DNA of 64,000 nucleotides from positions 1,888,001-1,952,000 of the forward strand of contig CBDBEV010000001.1 of the NCBI GenBank assembly GCA_965204535.1. Direction: 5' to 3'. This stretch comes from a bacterium (GTDB taxonomy: Bacteria > UBA8248). A program made the translations under genes and the position numbers. The stretch's first letter is position 1, and each line of letters begins with the position of its first letter. The notes under the pieces were generated by a model. It made no database searches. It saw only the letters and a list, made by a program, of their open reading frames with translations, and was not told where the DNA came from. Positions 9,610 through 19,565 of this stretch are shown here, one piece after another.

Positions 9610-10861
9610 TTAACGAGACGAACATGAAGAAGATGATCGTCAGGAAGGGAATGAAGTAGCTTTTCGTGTAATCGAACATGAACCCCGCGAATGGCGCGCC
9701 GACGACGCCTCCCAGCCCGTAGCAGATCTCCATGAAGCCGATGATGACGCCGTAGGTACGGCCCCCGAAGCAATCCCCCGCCAGGGCGGAATAGCACGCG
9801 CTCATGGCGCCGATGCCGATTCCGTACACGAGTGCAAAGGCGTAGCCCGGCAGGATACCCCCGCCGAAATGGGGGATGAGGATGAGCAGCGTCAGGCCCG
9901 CCGCCACCACCACGGCGGCGAGCGCCACGCCGCGCCCGCGCCCGATGAGGTCGCCCACCCATCCGCCGCCGATGCTGCCGAACGTCCGGATGAAGCCGAC
10001 GGAGCCGAAGATGAGGGCCGCAAGGGCGGTGCCGTATCCCACGTCGACGAGATAGAGCTGCAACTGGCTCATGATGGTGTTGTTGTTGAGCCCGATGGCG
10101 AAGACCATCAGGATGAGGCACCAAAACCGGATGTCGCGCCTCACGGCCGAGAAGACCTCCCACACGCCCTTACCCTCGCCGCCGTGGCCGACGCCGGCTC
10201 TCGTCAGCTCCTCGGGGGTGCGCGGCGGGCCGCCGTCCGGCCCCTGCCCGACGTCTTCCGGCACGTCGCGCAGCAGGAGAAAGCTCGCGGGAGAGACGAC
10301 GCACAGAATGATCAGGCCGAAGATCACATACGTGTAGCGCCAGCCGACGGACGCGATGAGCCGCTCGATGAGGGGCGCTAGGACGAGGATGCCGATTCCG
10401 ATGCCCGATAGCGCGATTCCCGTGGCGCGGCCTCTTTTCTTCACGAACCAGCGGGGCATGATGGCGCTGTGCGTGGAGAAGCCGCTCAGCGAGAGGCCGT
10501 AGCCGGCGAAGAGCCCGAACAGGATGTAGAGGTGCCACAGCGAGGAGACGAAGTAGCACGAGATGAACGTGAGGCCCAGTATCACCGAACCCCACGGCAT
10601 GATGGCGCGCGGGCCTTTTTTCTCAAGTAACGAGCCAGCAAACGGCGCGCCCAAGGCGTAGGTGGCCATCGAGAGCGAGAACGCCCCGCTCAGGAGACCC
10701 CGGCTCCAGCCGAATTCCTCAAGCAGGGGAACCTGGAAGATACCGAAGGAAAACCGCGTGACGACGTGGAAGCCCAGCGTGAAGAAAGACAGCCAGACGA
10801 TGAGCCAGCCGTAGTAGAATTTCGGTTTTTTGGCGGGGCCGCTTTGCGGGAACGTAGTCAT
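9554..10861 (-). CDS. MFS transporter (OFA/MCT-like)
   Basis: About 12 hydrophobic segments; FYYGWLIV, EFGWSRG, RWFVKKRGRATGI. Confidence 0.9.
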   Translation of the reverse strand: MTTFPQSGPAKKPKFYYGWLIVWLSFFTLGFHVVTRFSFGIFQVPLLEEFGWSRGLLSGAFSLSMATYALGAPFAGSLLEKKGPRAIMPWGSVILGLTFISCYFVSSLWHLYILFGLFAGYGLSLSGFSTHSAIMPRWFVKKRGRATGIALSGIGIGILVLAPLIERLIASVGWRYTYVIFGLIILCVVSPASFLLLRDVPEDVGQGPDGGPPRTPEELTRAGVGHGGEGKGVWEVFSAVRRDIRFWCLILMVFAIGLNNNTIMSQLQLYLVDVGYGTALAALIFGSVGFIRTFGSIGGGWVGDLIGRGRGVALAAVVVAAGLTLLILIPHFGGGILPGYAFALVYGIGIGAMSACYSALAGDCFGGRTYGVIIGFMEICYGLGGVVGAPFAGFMFDYTKSYFIPFLTIIFFMFVSLTLALWLQAYMKKHGLEPR

Positions 10862-10937
10862 TCGCTTCCTTGTTCAGGTGAGCCACGGAATTTCAGGGGA
10901 GTATACACACAGCCCCCGCTTCGGGAGAAGCGAGAAC

Positions 10938-11840
10938 TCAATTTTCCCAAAAACAGGTCGCCGTCTGAAGGTGGATGTCCACCGTGTCCGCAGGATTGAG
11001 GGCGTATCCGCCGCCCAGGGTGCCCGCGACGGGAATCCCGCGCGCCCGGCATTCTCCCAGAACGTACGCATCGCGCCGCCTCAAGCCCTCCTTCGAGAGC
11101 TTGAGCGTTCCGAGCTGATCCCCCGAATACGGGTCCGCCCCCGCCTGGTACATCACCAGGTCGGGCCTGTGCTCATCGAGAATCTTCGGGATGTGTTTTT
11201 CGAGATGCGGGAGGTATTCCTCTTCCGTCGCGAGATCGTAGAGGCCGACGTCCAAATCGCTTCTCTTCTTTTGCGGATAGATGTTCTCCTGGTGGATGGA
11301 AAAGGTGAACACCGCCTCCTCGCGGCGGAAGATGACGGCGGTGCCGTTTCCCTGGTGCAGGTCGCAGTCGATCACGGCCGCCCTTTGGATGGCGCCCTCT
11401 TTTATCAAGACCCGCACGGCGACCGCCAAATCGTTGATATAGCAGAAACCTTCCGCCTGATCGGCGAAGGCGTGGTGGAAGCCCCCGGTCAGGTTGATGG
11501 CGCGGCCTCTTGCGAGCGCCTCGCGCGCGGCGAGGATCGTGCCGCCCGTCGCGAGAAAGCTCGTGTCCACAATCTGCTTGCTGATGGGGAGCTCGCTCGG
11601 CGCCGTGCGCGCGGTGTGAACGCCCGAGCGCAGGTCCGCCAGATACTCCTGCGTATGGACGAGGGCCAGTTCTTCTTCCGTCGCGGTGGAGGGCGCCAGA
11701 AAGGCGCTATCGGGCAGCCCTGCCTCCTTCAGTCTGGCGTGGGTTTTCTGGTATTTCTCGGCTTGCAGGACGTGCTGGCCGATGTAGGCGTAATAACCTT
11801 CGTGAAAGATGAAAACGCAGTGCTTAGGCGGCGCTCTCAT
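10938..11840 (-). CDS. Histone deacetylase family (Zn-dependent deacylase)
   Basis: GGFHHA, GFCYIND, DCDLHQGNGT, YQAGADP, GGGY motifs. Confidence 0.92.
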   Translation of the reverse strand: MRAPPKHCVFIFHEGYYAYIGQHVLQAEKYQKTHARLKEAGLPDSAFLAPSTATEEELALVHTQEYLADLRSGVHTARTAPSELPISKQIVDTSFLATGGTILAAREALARGRAINLTGGFHHAFADQAEGFCYINDLAVAVRVLIKEGAIQRAAVIDCDLHQGNGTAVIFRREEAVFTFSIHQENIYPQKKRSDLDVGLYDLATEEEYLPHLEKHIPKILDEHRPDLVMYQAGADPYSGDQLGTLKLSKEGLRRRDAYVLGECRARGIPVAGTLGGGYALNPADTVDIHLQTATCFWEN

Positions 11841-11848
11841 CGCGGAGG

Positions 11849-13048
11849 CTAGATGACGCCCTTGTCTCTTAAGCCGGCGATGGCCGAGGCGTCGTAGCCG
11901 ATTCCTTCCAGCACCTCGTCGGTGTGCTTGCCCATCGGAGGCCCGGCCCAGCGGATGGTGCCCGGCGAGCCGTTCAGCCTCGGGATCACGTTTTGCATCT
12001 TGATGGGGCCTAATTCCTCATCCTCCACGGTGGTGATGGTCTCGCGCGCCTGCACATGGGGGTCGGCCATGAACTGGGCCACGTCGTAGATGGGACCCAG
12101 GGCGCATTCGTGTTTTTCGAAATGGGCAATCGTCTCATCGAGCGTGTGCTCGCCTATCCACGCCTGGATGGCGCCGTCGAGCTCGGCCATGTTCGCCACC
12201 CGGCCCGCCTGGGTGACCATTCTCGGGTCATCGCCCAGGTCCTCGCGCCCCACGGCGCGCATGACGCGCTTGAAGATGTTCTCCGCACTCGCGGATATCA
12301 CGACGTAGCGCCCGTCCTTGCAGCGGTAGGCGTTCCTGGGCGCGGCGAAGGGAATCGCGTTTCCGGTGCGCATCTGGACGTAGCCGAGCTGGTCGTATTC
12401 GAGGGGCTGGGGGCCGAGCACCATGGTGATGGGCTCGTAGATGGCGATGTCGATCTCCTGCCCGGGCGCGTCGTGCACGTCGCGGTGGTAGAGCGCCATC
12501 ATCACGGCGTATGTGCCGCAAAGCGCGCTGATGCCGTCGGCCAGGGCGAAGGGTGGCAGCGTGGGCGGCCCGTCGGGAAAGCCTGTGATGTGCGCGAAGC
12601 CGCTCATGGCTTCCGCCAGCGTGCCGAAGCCGGGCCTTTGCGCGTAGGGGCCCTTCTGCCCGAAGCCGCTCGTCCGCGCGAGGATGAGCTTGGGGTTCAG
12701 GGCGTGGAGGCTCTCCCAGGAGAAGCCCCATCGCTCCATCGTGCCGGGGCGGAAGTTCTCCACCAGAACGTCCGCGCTCTCGCACAGCTTGCGGAGGATC
12801 TCCTGGCCCTCGGGCGAGGAGATGTTGCAGGTGATGGATTTCTTGTTGCGGCTCGCGAGTTTCCACCACAAAGAGACGCCGTCTTTCTGGGAGGCGAAGT
12901 TTCTCAGGGAATCGCCGCGCGGGTGCTCGATCTTGATCACCTCGGCCCCGAAATCCGCCATGTAAGTGGCTATCCAGGGGCCGGCGAACAGGGTCCCGAT
13001 GTCGATGACACGGACGCCCTCGAGCGGCATTTTCTTGTGTTCGTTCAT
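11849..13048 (-). CDS. CaiB/BaiF family III CoA-transferase
   Basis: MADFGAEVIKIE, SRNKKS, ENFRPG, GFGQKGP. Confidence 0.92.
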   Translation of the reverse strand: MNEHKKMPLEGVRVIDIGTLFAGPWIATYMADFGAEVIKIEHPRGDSLRNFASQKDGVSLWWKLASRNKKSITCNISSPEGQEILRKLCESADVLVENFRPGTMERWGFSWESLHALNPKLILARTSGFGQKGPYAQRPGFGTLAEAMSGFAHITGFPDGPPTLPPFALADGISALCGTYAVMMALYHRDVHDAPGQEIDIAIYEPITMVLGPQPLEYDQLGYVQMRTGNAIPFAAPRNAYRCKDGRYVVISASAENIFKRVMRAVGREDLGDDPRMVTQAGRVANMAELDGAIQAWIGEHTLDETIAHFEKHECALGPIYDVAQFMADPHVQARETITTVEDEELGPIKMQNVIPRLNGSPGTIRWAGPPMGKHTDEVLEGIGYDASAIAGLRDKGVI

Positions 13049-13252
13049 GGAACCGGCGCTTCCTCGGGTTCAGGGGCCGACGCCTCACGGCCCGGGACAA
13101 GTTCAAAGAATTACGTTTCGCGGGACGCCCCGATGGTAGCAGAGGGCGAATGCCCCGGCAACGATTTGCGGAGTTTCCGCCGCCCCGGCCTCCGCGTCCT
13201 GCGAGCCGGGGCCCTCGCCCGGCGAGTGGGTCGATTCAATCCCCCACCCATA

Positions 13253-13399
13253 TCCTGAGCAGCCCTCATCCTGACCGGCGCGAACTTCCCCTCCCCTCAA
13301 CCTGAGTAGCGGCGAAGCCGCGTATCGAAGGGCGCATATCATGGAGGTCGAGGAGGGACATCCTTCGATACGGCGCATTCGCGCCTGCTCAGGATGAGG
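13253..13399. repeat. Palindromic intergenic repeat (CCTGAGTAGC...GTATCGAAGG family)
   Basis: Inverted pair CCTGAGTAGCGGCGAAGCCGCGTATCGAAGG / CCTTCGATACGGC...CTGCTCAGGATGAGG; related copy at about 35305-35480. Confidence 0.65.
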
Positions 13400-13467
13400 A
13401 GAGCAGGCCTGCGCGTAATGGGGCTGTTGAAAAAGTCCGAGGAGAGAGGAATCACTCCCCCCTTGAG

Positions 13468-14983
13468 GGGGCTGTTGAAAAACCCTGTTTTGAAGCAGGG
13501 GGTATGGCGGCTCACGCGGCTTGGGAGAGGAAGCCCAATCGGCGCGTGAGGCCGCGAGGAACGCGCAGACGGCGTCTCCGGGCGGCCCAGGCCCTCCACA
13601 GAGCGAATATACCCGCCGCAAAAGCGGCGGCCAGCCGCTTGAGGTTCACCGCAGTCGCCGTCAGGTAGGCCTGGATCTTCACGTTCGCAAGACCCCGGCG
13701 TACCGCCCGCGCCAGTCCGTGCCGACTCTTCGCCTCGCCGTGGTAGCCCTCCGAACGCGACATGTGGCGGCGCCACAGCCGGCCCTCCTCCTCCCCCCGG
13801 CGCGCGTGGCGACGGCGCGCGCGCAACAGCGCCGGATACTCGTGCGGAATCAGAACCGCCCTGCTCGTGCGAGACGCCGACAGACAATCGGCCTTGAGCG
13901 CGCACCCCGCGCAATCGCGGGTCCTCGATACATACCAGCGCCCCCGCTCCGTCTCCTTCCGGGGACGCAGCGTCTTGCCACCCGGACACTTCACCACCTT
14001 GTGCCGCTCGTCGTAGCGGAACAGTTGCAGCGGAACACGGCTCTGGGAAGGCTCCTTCTTCGCCGGAATCACCGCGTCCACACCCCGACGCTCCAATGCG
14101 CCGTACACCTTCGAATACGCATAGCCACTATCCGCCGTCACCACCGCGGGCGCGCGCCCCGTGAGTTCGCAAACCGCGTCCAACTGCGGCTCCATCATCT
14201 CCCGCTCGTTCAACGTCCCCTCCGTCACCTCTACGTCGAGAACCACCCCACGCTCATCGTCCACCACCGCGTGGTGCTTGTAGCTCGGCTCGAACCCCGC
14301 CCGAGCGCTCTTGCGCGCCAGGCGAGCGTCGGGGTCCGTTCGGCTCACCGGACCCGAACCCCCGCCGCCGCCCTTCTTCCCCGTCTCATCCTCCGAGTCG
14401 TTCTCCCGCACCACCTTCTCCGCGTGGCGCTCCGCCAGACTCTCCCAGCTCACGTCCGCGCGTATCAAAGACGCGTCCATGTGAACCACTTCTCCCTTCG
14501 CCACCTTCGCCTCCACGCAAGACTGAACCGTGCGCCGAAATATCTCCTTGAACCGCTCCTCCCCCCAGCGCTGACGGATACGCGTCAGGCTCGAATGATC
14601 CGGCAAATCCTCGTCCAGCCTGTACCCGATGAACCACCGGATCGCCAGGTGCGCCTGCGCCTCGCGCAGCAGGCGGCGGTCCTCCGCGTAGCCCAGCAGC
14701 AGGCCCGCCAGCATCAACCGGATCACCACTTCCGGGTCGATCCCCGGTCGACCGTTGTCCGCGCAATAGCACGCCGCCACTTCCTCGCGAAGCCAACTCA
14801 AATCCAGTACGCGGTCCACCTGGCGCAATATGTGATCTTCGGGAATCAACTTCTCCAGCGGGCCGGCCACGAACAAGTCCATCTGCCCGCGCCTCTTGCG
14901 GTCCAACATCGGGGAATCTCCCATCTCGGGCGAGGGGGGATACATCCATACGATCATAAAACCAGGGGTTTTTCAACAGGCCC
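13468..14983 (-). mobile_element. IS1182-family insertion sequence (about 1516 bp) with TTGAG target duplication
   Basis: TIRs GGGGCTGTTGAAAAACCC / GGGTTTTTCAACAGGCCC; TTGAG at 13463-13467 and 14984-14988; single transposase ORF. Confidence 0.9.
13512..14909 (-). CDS. IS1182-family DDE transposase
   Basis: IPEDHILR, GRPGIDPE, PDHSSLTRIR, VHMDASLI, SRTDPDAR, ADSGY, a Cys cluster and EGYHGEAK. Start at 14909 is preferred, 14957 is possible. Confidence 0.92.
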   Translation of the reverse strand: MLDRKRRGQMDLFVAGPLEKLIPEDHILRQVDRVLDLSWLREEVAACYCADNGRPGIDPEVVIRLMLAGLLLGYAEDRRLLREAQAHLAIRWFIGYRLDEDLPDHSSLTRIRQRWGEERFKEIFRRTVQSCVEAKVAKGEVVHMDASLIRADVSWESLAERHAEKVVRENDSEDETGKKGGGGGSGPVSRTDPDARLARKSARAGFEPSYKHHAVVDDERGVVLDVEVTEGTLNEREMMEPQLDAVCELTGRAPAVVTADSGYAYSKVYGALERRGVDAVIPAKKEPSQSRVPLQLFRYDERHKVVKCPGGKTLRPRKETERGRWYVSRTRDCAGCALKADCLSASRTSRAVLIPHEYPALLRARRRHARRGEEEGRLWRRHMSRSEGYHGEAKSRHGLARAVRRGLANVKIQAYLTATAVNLKRLAAAFAAGIFALWRAWAARRRRLRVPRGLTRRLGFLSQAA

Positions 14984-15526
14984 TTGAGGGGGAGTCGAAG
15001 AGCTGAGGGCGTAAGCCCGAAAGCGATTCGGTGGGGGGTATAATTCGGAATGGCGATAAAACGCATTTTACCCCCCACCGATTCAGCCTTCGCACAAACC
15101 GCTCGGCTTCACCGACTCCCCCTCAAGGGGGGAGTGAAATGCAAAACTTGCGCTCAACCAAAATCGCTCCACGGGACTTTTTCAACAGGCCCGACAAGGG
15201 GGGGTAGGGGGGGTTGCTTTTATGGGATTTCCCTTTCAAGGGGGTTGCCATTACCCTCTCAGGGGGTTTTTCAACAAACCCCTCAAGGGGGGAGGGAAGT
15301 TTCCTGCCTCCCCAGTCGGCTCCACTCACCGAATCACGAATTGGGGACTTTTTCAACAACCCCGCAATGAGGGGATTCAGGGGCTACGTACGGAAACCGC
15401 CGGACCCCTGGATGCGCGCGACATCCGCGATCCCTGCCCCGCAATGGACTTGGGCTCCCGATATTGGGATAATCAGAGCAGTAGAGACGCCCGTCTTTCG
15501 GGCCTGGCCGCATTCGGAGGTATCGC

Positions 15527-16648
15527 ATGAAGTCTTTTCTCATCGCCGCACTGTTCACATTGCTGTTCCTGGCTCCCGCGCATCTTGGCGCGCCCGCGCG
15601 CACCCCGGATGGCCTGGTTCTGGTGACCCAGGACGCCGAGGCGAGGCGCTTCGGCGGGTTCCGCTCCTTCGGGTTCCGCGGCTCGCGCGGGTTCGGCAGT
15701 TTCGGGCGCAGGGGCTTCTCGAGGCGCTCGTTCGGCTCGCGCTCCCGGGCGCGCAGCTTCTCGCGAAGGCCGCTCCAGAGATCCTCGTTCCTGGGCGGTG
15801 GTTTGGGGTCCGGATTATTCGCGGGCATCGGCGGGTTTTTGCTCGGCGGTATGCTGGGGCGGATGCTCTTCGGCGGCATGGGCGGCATGGGCGGCATGGG
15901 AATGGGGGGAGGTTTCGGGCTGCTGGAAATTCTCCTGATCGGCGGGGTCATCTTCTTCGTCTTCCGGATGATGCGCAACCGCGCCTCCGCCTCCTACCAG
16001 GAGCCCCGCTATTCGGGGGACCGCTACGCCGAGGCCGACCCCTACGGCGTGGGGGGTTACGAGGAGGAGCCGCGCGGGGGGTACGAAGCGCCCGGCAGGC
16101 ACGAGAGGTCGGGCGGCGTGTACCGCGGCCCCGACATCGGCGCCGCCGGCGGCGCAACCCGCTCGGCGGGAGGCCATAGCGCAGGCCCGCGCCGTGATTC
16201 GGCGAGCGATGCGGCGCTCAAGAGTATGAGTGAGAACGACGCATCTTTCTCGGAACAAGCCTTCGTCGGTCTGGCGAAGGAGAACTTCATCCGCTTCCAG
16301 AACGCCTGGACGGCGCGTGATCTCTCCCCCGTACGCGACCTGATGGACAAGGAGATTTACGGGGAAGTCCAGCGCGACGTCGAAGGCTTGAAGAGCGAGG
16401 GGAAGATCAACAAGCTCGACGACGTGGAGGTTCAGAAAGCCGAGATCGTCGAGGCCTGGAACGAGGAGGGCTTCGAATTCATCACCGTGCGCTACGAGGC
16501 GAGCCTTTGCGACTACGTGGTGGACGAGAGAAGCGGGGATCTGGTCGAGGGCAGCCGCACGCAGCGCGTGAGTTTCGCCGAACACTGGACGTGGGCGCGG
16601 CCCGAGGGGCCGAACCAGTGGTTCCTCTCCGCCATCGAGCAGGCGTGA
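15527..16648 (+). CDS. Tim44-like domain membrane protein
   Basis: Signal peptide, AEARRFGG, Arg/Gly-rich low-complexity region, TM segment, C-terminal FQNAW...FAEHWTW...WFLSAIEQ. Confidence 0.85.
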   Translation: MKSFLIAALFTLLFLAPAHLGAPARTPDGLVLVTQDAEARRFGGFRSFGFRGSRGFGSFGRRGFSRRSFGSRSRARSFSRRPLQRSSFLGGGLGSGLFAGIGGFLLGGMLGRMLFGGMGGMGGMGMGGGFGLLEILLIGGVIFFVFRMMRNRASASYQEPRYSGDRYAEADPYGVGGYEEEPRGGYEAPGRHERSGGVYRGPDIGAAGGATRSAGGHSAGPRRDSASDAALKSMSENDASFSEQAFVGLAKENFIRFQNAWTARDLSPVRDLMDKEIYGEVQRDVEGLKSEGKINKLDDVEVQKAEIVEAWNEEGFEFITVRYEASLCDYVVDERSGDLVEGSRTQRVSFAEHWTWARPEGPNQWFLSAIEQA

Positions 16649-16661
16649 AGCCTAGAAAATC

Positions 16662-17030
16662 CTACGGAGCAGAAATCTTATCCGAATCGGGAGCCGGTTC
16701 CTCGGCTTTTTCCTCGCCATAGCGTCTGCCGCCTTCCAGGTCCTTGAGCGACCACCAGAAATAGATGATGGCGCCCAGAATCGCCGCCATGACGAGGGCG
16801 AAGCCCACGAGGAAATAAGGGGGCAGTAGCGAGCGGTAGGTGGCGGGCGGAGCGTTCGCGCCCGGTGCGGCTCCGGGCGCTTTCGTTGCGGGCGGGGCCA
16901 CCCGCGCCTGCGTGATGGCCTGTTCGGCCTGAAACGCCGTGTAGCCCCAGTAAATCATCCCGCCCAGGAGCGCGAGAATCACGACGGTGCATACGGGCCA
17001 TTTGAGGCCTGTTTTTTTCGCCTCGCTCAA
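16662..17030 (-). CDS. Small two-TM membrane protein
   Basis: Two hydrophobic helices around an Ala/Pro linker; start overlaps the LLM gene stop. Confidence 0.65.
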   Translation of the reverse strand: MSEAKKTGLKWPVCTVVILALLGGMIYWGYTAFQAEQAITQARVAPPATKAPGAAPGANAPPATYRSLLPPYFLVGFALVMAAILGAIIYFWWSLKDLEGGRRYGEEKAEEPAPDSDKISAP

Positions 17031-17977
17031 TCTCTCACCTCCGGGATCACCTCTTCCGCCAATAGCGCCATCTGATCCATCTCCTCATCCGCGGGACCCG
17101 CGTGCTTGAAGATGAAATGCCTTGCGCCCGCTTCCTGAAATTCCGCTATCTGCTCCAGGCAGCGCTCGCGCGGCCCATAGAATAAATACTTTTGGGCGAT
17201 ACCGTCAAAATCCATGTTGTAGCGTCTCGACAGATTCCGGATGCCCTCGCGCAGGGCGTGCTCCGCGTCCTCATGAACGTATATGAACGCATGGTGCGCC
17301 GGCGTCCACCCGCCTCCTTCGATGTCGAGGGGCTTCCCCGCTTCTTCCGCCCACCCCTTCATGTCTTCCAGCCCCTTGGCGAAGCGCGGAGCCGAGAACA
17401 TGTAGGAGACATAGCCCTCGCCCATGAGCGCGGCTCTTCTGCGGGCGGCGTCGCTGCGGCCTCCCACCCAGATGGGCGGCCCGCCGGGCGTGAGCGGGGC
17501 GGGCGTCTGGCGCGCGTCGGCAAAGCGCCAGAAGCGCCCCTCGTGGCTCACCGCCTCGCCGCTCCAGAGCTTTCGCACGATTTCGATGGACTCGTTCGTT
17601 CTCGCGCCGCGCTCCTTGACGTTCACGCCGCAAAGCTCGAACTCGGTTTTTCCCTCGCCCCCCACGCCGACGCCGAAGATGAAGCGCCCCCCGCCCGTCA
17701 GGTAGTCCACCGTGGCCGCGGTCTTGGCGGCGATGGCGGGACGTCTCAGCGGCAGGAGATATACGCCCACTCCCAGCGTGATGCGGCTGGTGCGGGCCGC
17801 GAAGGCGGCCAGCGTGGTGAGGCTCTCGGTGTAGTGGCCGTAAAAGGAGATGTGATCCCCAATCCACAAGGCGTCATAACCGAGCGTTTCGGCGGATTCC
17901 GCGAACGCATACATTTCCTCGGGCGTGAAGATGCGCTCGGGGTGCATGGTGAAACTGACGCCGAATTTTGTTTTCAT
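17027..17977 (-). CDS. LLM-class flavin/F420-dependent oxidoreductase
   Basis: GYDALWIGDH, AARTSRITLG, FGVGVG, PPIWVGGRS. Confidence 0.9.
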   Translation of the reverse strand: MKTKFGVSFTMHPERIFTPEEMYAFAESAETLGYDALWIGDHISFYGHYTESLTTLAAFAARTSRITLGVGVYLLPLRRPAIAAKTAATVDYLTGGGRFIFGVGVGGEGKTEFELCGVNVKERGARTNESIEIVRKLWSGEAVSHEGRFWRFADARQTPAPLTPGGPPIWVGGRSDAARRRAALMGEGYVSYMFSAPRFAKGLEDMKGWAEEAGKPLDIEGGGWTPAHHAFIYVHEDAEHALREGIRNLSRRYNMDFDGIAQKYLFYGPRERCLEQIAEFQEAGARHFIFKHAGPADEEMDQMALLAEEVIPEVRD

Positions 17978-18074
17978 CTTTCATTCCTTTGTTTTATCTC
18001 TTAGTCGCGGATCCACGGGTAATGGCGAGGAAACTAGAGCACGCGATCGCTCAGGTCAACTCGCGCCCCGAAAC

Positions 18075-18275
18075 GGGGCTGTTGAAAAAGTCCTGATGAG
18101 GGAGGGGTTTGTTCCGTAGGGGCCGTTCGCGAACGGCCCTTGCCAGAGAAACGGGCGCTTCACGAAGCGCCCCTACGACACCCTTCCGGAGAGATCGCAA
18201 CCCCCGCCATTCCGGCGAAAGCCAGAATGACGGGGGTGGTCAATTCCGATCGGGGATGACTTTTTCAACAAACCC
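18075..18275. mobile_element. MITE-like element with IS1182-type ends carrying a REP pair
   Basis: GGGGCTGTTGAAAAAGTC ... GACTTTTTCAACAAACCC; internal GTAG-REP doublet at 18116-18176; no matching target duplication. Confidence 0.65.
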
Positions 18276-18536
18276 CTCAAGGGGAAGCGGATATGGAATT
18301 CTCCTGGATGGGGAGCGATCCTGGCGGGGGCGGCTCACCGGGTATTCAGCAGCTCCTTCGGGAGACTGCTTCGCCCTGTCGTCAGATGGTTTGACCCGAT
18401 ACCCTGAACCTGCTCTAATGAATCCAATCGTAAAATTTGGGGAGCAGCGTAACCGCGTCGGAAAAACTCGCAGCGAACGAGTTCTCGTCAGACTTGTTCT
18501 TGGAAAATCCGTTTCACCGTAAAAGGAGAGGCAAAT

Positions 18537-19547
18537 ATGAAACGTTCCATCAAGTCGATTCTCGTGATTTTGCTGATTGCCGGGTTCGTGGCGTTCACAT
18601 CCCACGCAGCCGTGGCGCAAAAAGCCAACCTCATCTTCTACTCCTCGCTCACCACCGCCGCACAGGCCACTCTGGTGAAGGGCATCGAGAAGAAATTCCC
18701 GGACATCAAGGTGCAGTCCATCACCGCGGGCGGCGTCAGCCTCTATCAGCGTTTCGTGGCCGAGCGCAGCGTGGGCAAGGGCAAGATCGACCTGCTGCAC
18801 TTCAGCTACACGCCGGGCTGGTATGACCTCGCCAAAAGAGGCTACGTGAAGAACGTGACGCAATTCCCCGAGGCCAAGAAATTCCCGGCATGGGGCAAGG
18901 ACGAAAAGGCCCAGTGGGTCGGCCTCCGCGCGCCGACGCTGCAGGTCATCTACAACACCGATAACGTGAAGCCCGGCGAGGCGCCGACGAGCTTTGCGGA
19001 ACTGACGAAGCCCAAATGGAAGAACCGTCTCGTGCTCGTCGACCCGTTCCAGTCCGCGGGCCTGTGGGATTTCTTCTACGGCGCGGAGGGATTCGGCGAA
19101 GAATACATCAAGGGCCTGCTCTATAACGGCGCGCTGGTGCAATCGCGCATGGGCGCCTCCACCGAGCGCGTCGCCACGGGCGAGCGTGACGTGACGATGG
19201 TGTTCGAATACATCGCCATCCGGCGCATCAACAAGGGTGCGAAGATCAAGATCGCCAAGATGGCCGAGGGTACGCCGGTCATCCCCGCTTCGTTCGGGAT
19301 GATCAAGGACGGCCCGAACCCCAAGAACGCGGAGCGCGTATACCGCTGGATCCTCTCCAAGGAAGGCCAGACGGTCATCACCCAGAACGTGAAGATCAAC
19401 TCCGCGCGTTCGGACGTGCCGCACGTGAAGGGCATTCCTTACCCCTTCAAGCCGCTGTATGCGAACTGGGAGAAGGTGTTCAAGGATCAGAAGAAATACC
19501 GCGCCTTCATGACCAAGCACATTCGTGAAGCGAAGAGAAAGAAATAA
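18537..19547 (+). CDS. ABC transporter substrate-binding protein (Fe3+/thiamine/polyamine-type family)
   Basis: Signal peptide; LIFYSS, IYNT, PKWK, PNPKNA..WILSKEGQ. Confidence 0.88.
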   Translation: MKRSIKSILVILLIAGFVAFTSHAAVAQKANLIFYSSLTTAAQATLVKGIEKKFPDIKVQSITAGGVSLYQRFVAERSVGKGKIDLLHFSYTPGWYDLAKRGYVKNVTQFPEAKKFPAWGKDEKAQWVGLRAPTLQVIYNTDNVKPGEAPTSFAELTKPKWKNRLVLVDPFQSAGLWDFFYGAEGFGEEYIKGLLYNGALVQSRMGASTERVATGERDVTMVFEYIAIRRINKGAKIKIAKMAEGTPVIPASFGMIKDGPNPKNAERVYRWILSKEGQTVITQNVKINSARSDVPHVKGIPYPFKPLYANWEKVFKDQKKYRAFMTKHIREAKRKK

Positions 19548-19565
19548 CCGGCTTCGGACCGGTCG

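Larger units (their letters stand above)
13453..15136. repeat. Palindromic element of about 165 bp (CACTCCCCCCTTGAGGGGGAG...CTCCCCCTCAAGGGGGGAGTG) interrupted by IS1182
   Basis: Removing the IS and one TTGAG restores CTCCCCCCTTGAGGGGGAGTCGAAGAGCT, identical to the sequence from 45901. Confidence 0.8.
13420..15363. mobile_element. Outer MITE-like element with IS1182-type ends, containing nested repeats and the IS
   Basis: Left end GGGGCTGTTGAAAAAGTCC (13420), right end GGACTTTTTCAACAACCCC (15363); flanks GTAAT/GCAAT; extra internal right ends at 15192 and 15281. Confidence 0.6.

Noticed and set aside
13103-13511. Short ORFs across the repeat clusters (also 15050-15530, 35097-35536, 39480-39832, 43115-43625)
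   Set aside because: They are translations of palindromic repeats, without RBS or family motifs.
15872-15910. GGCGGCATG tandem repeat in the Tim44-like gene as a contingency locus
   Set aside because: In-frame 9-bp repeat encoding a GGM low-complexity stretch typical of this family; it would not switch phase.
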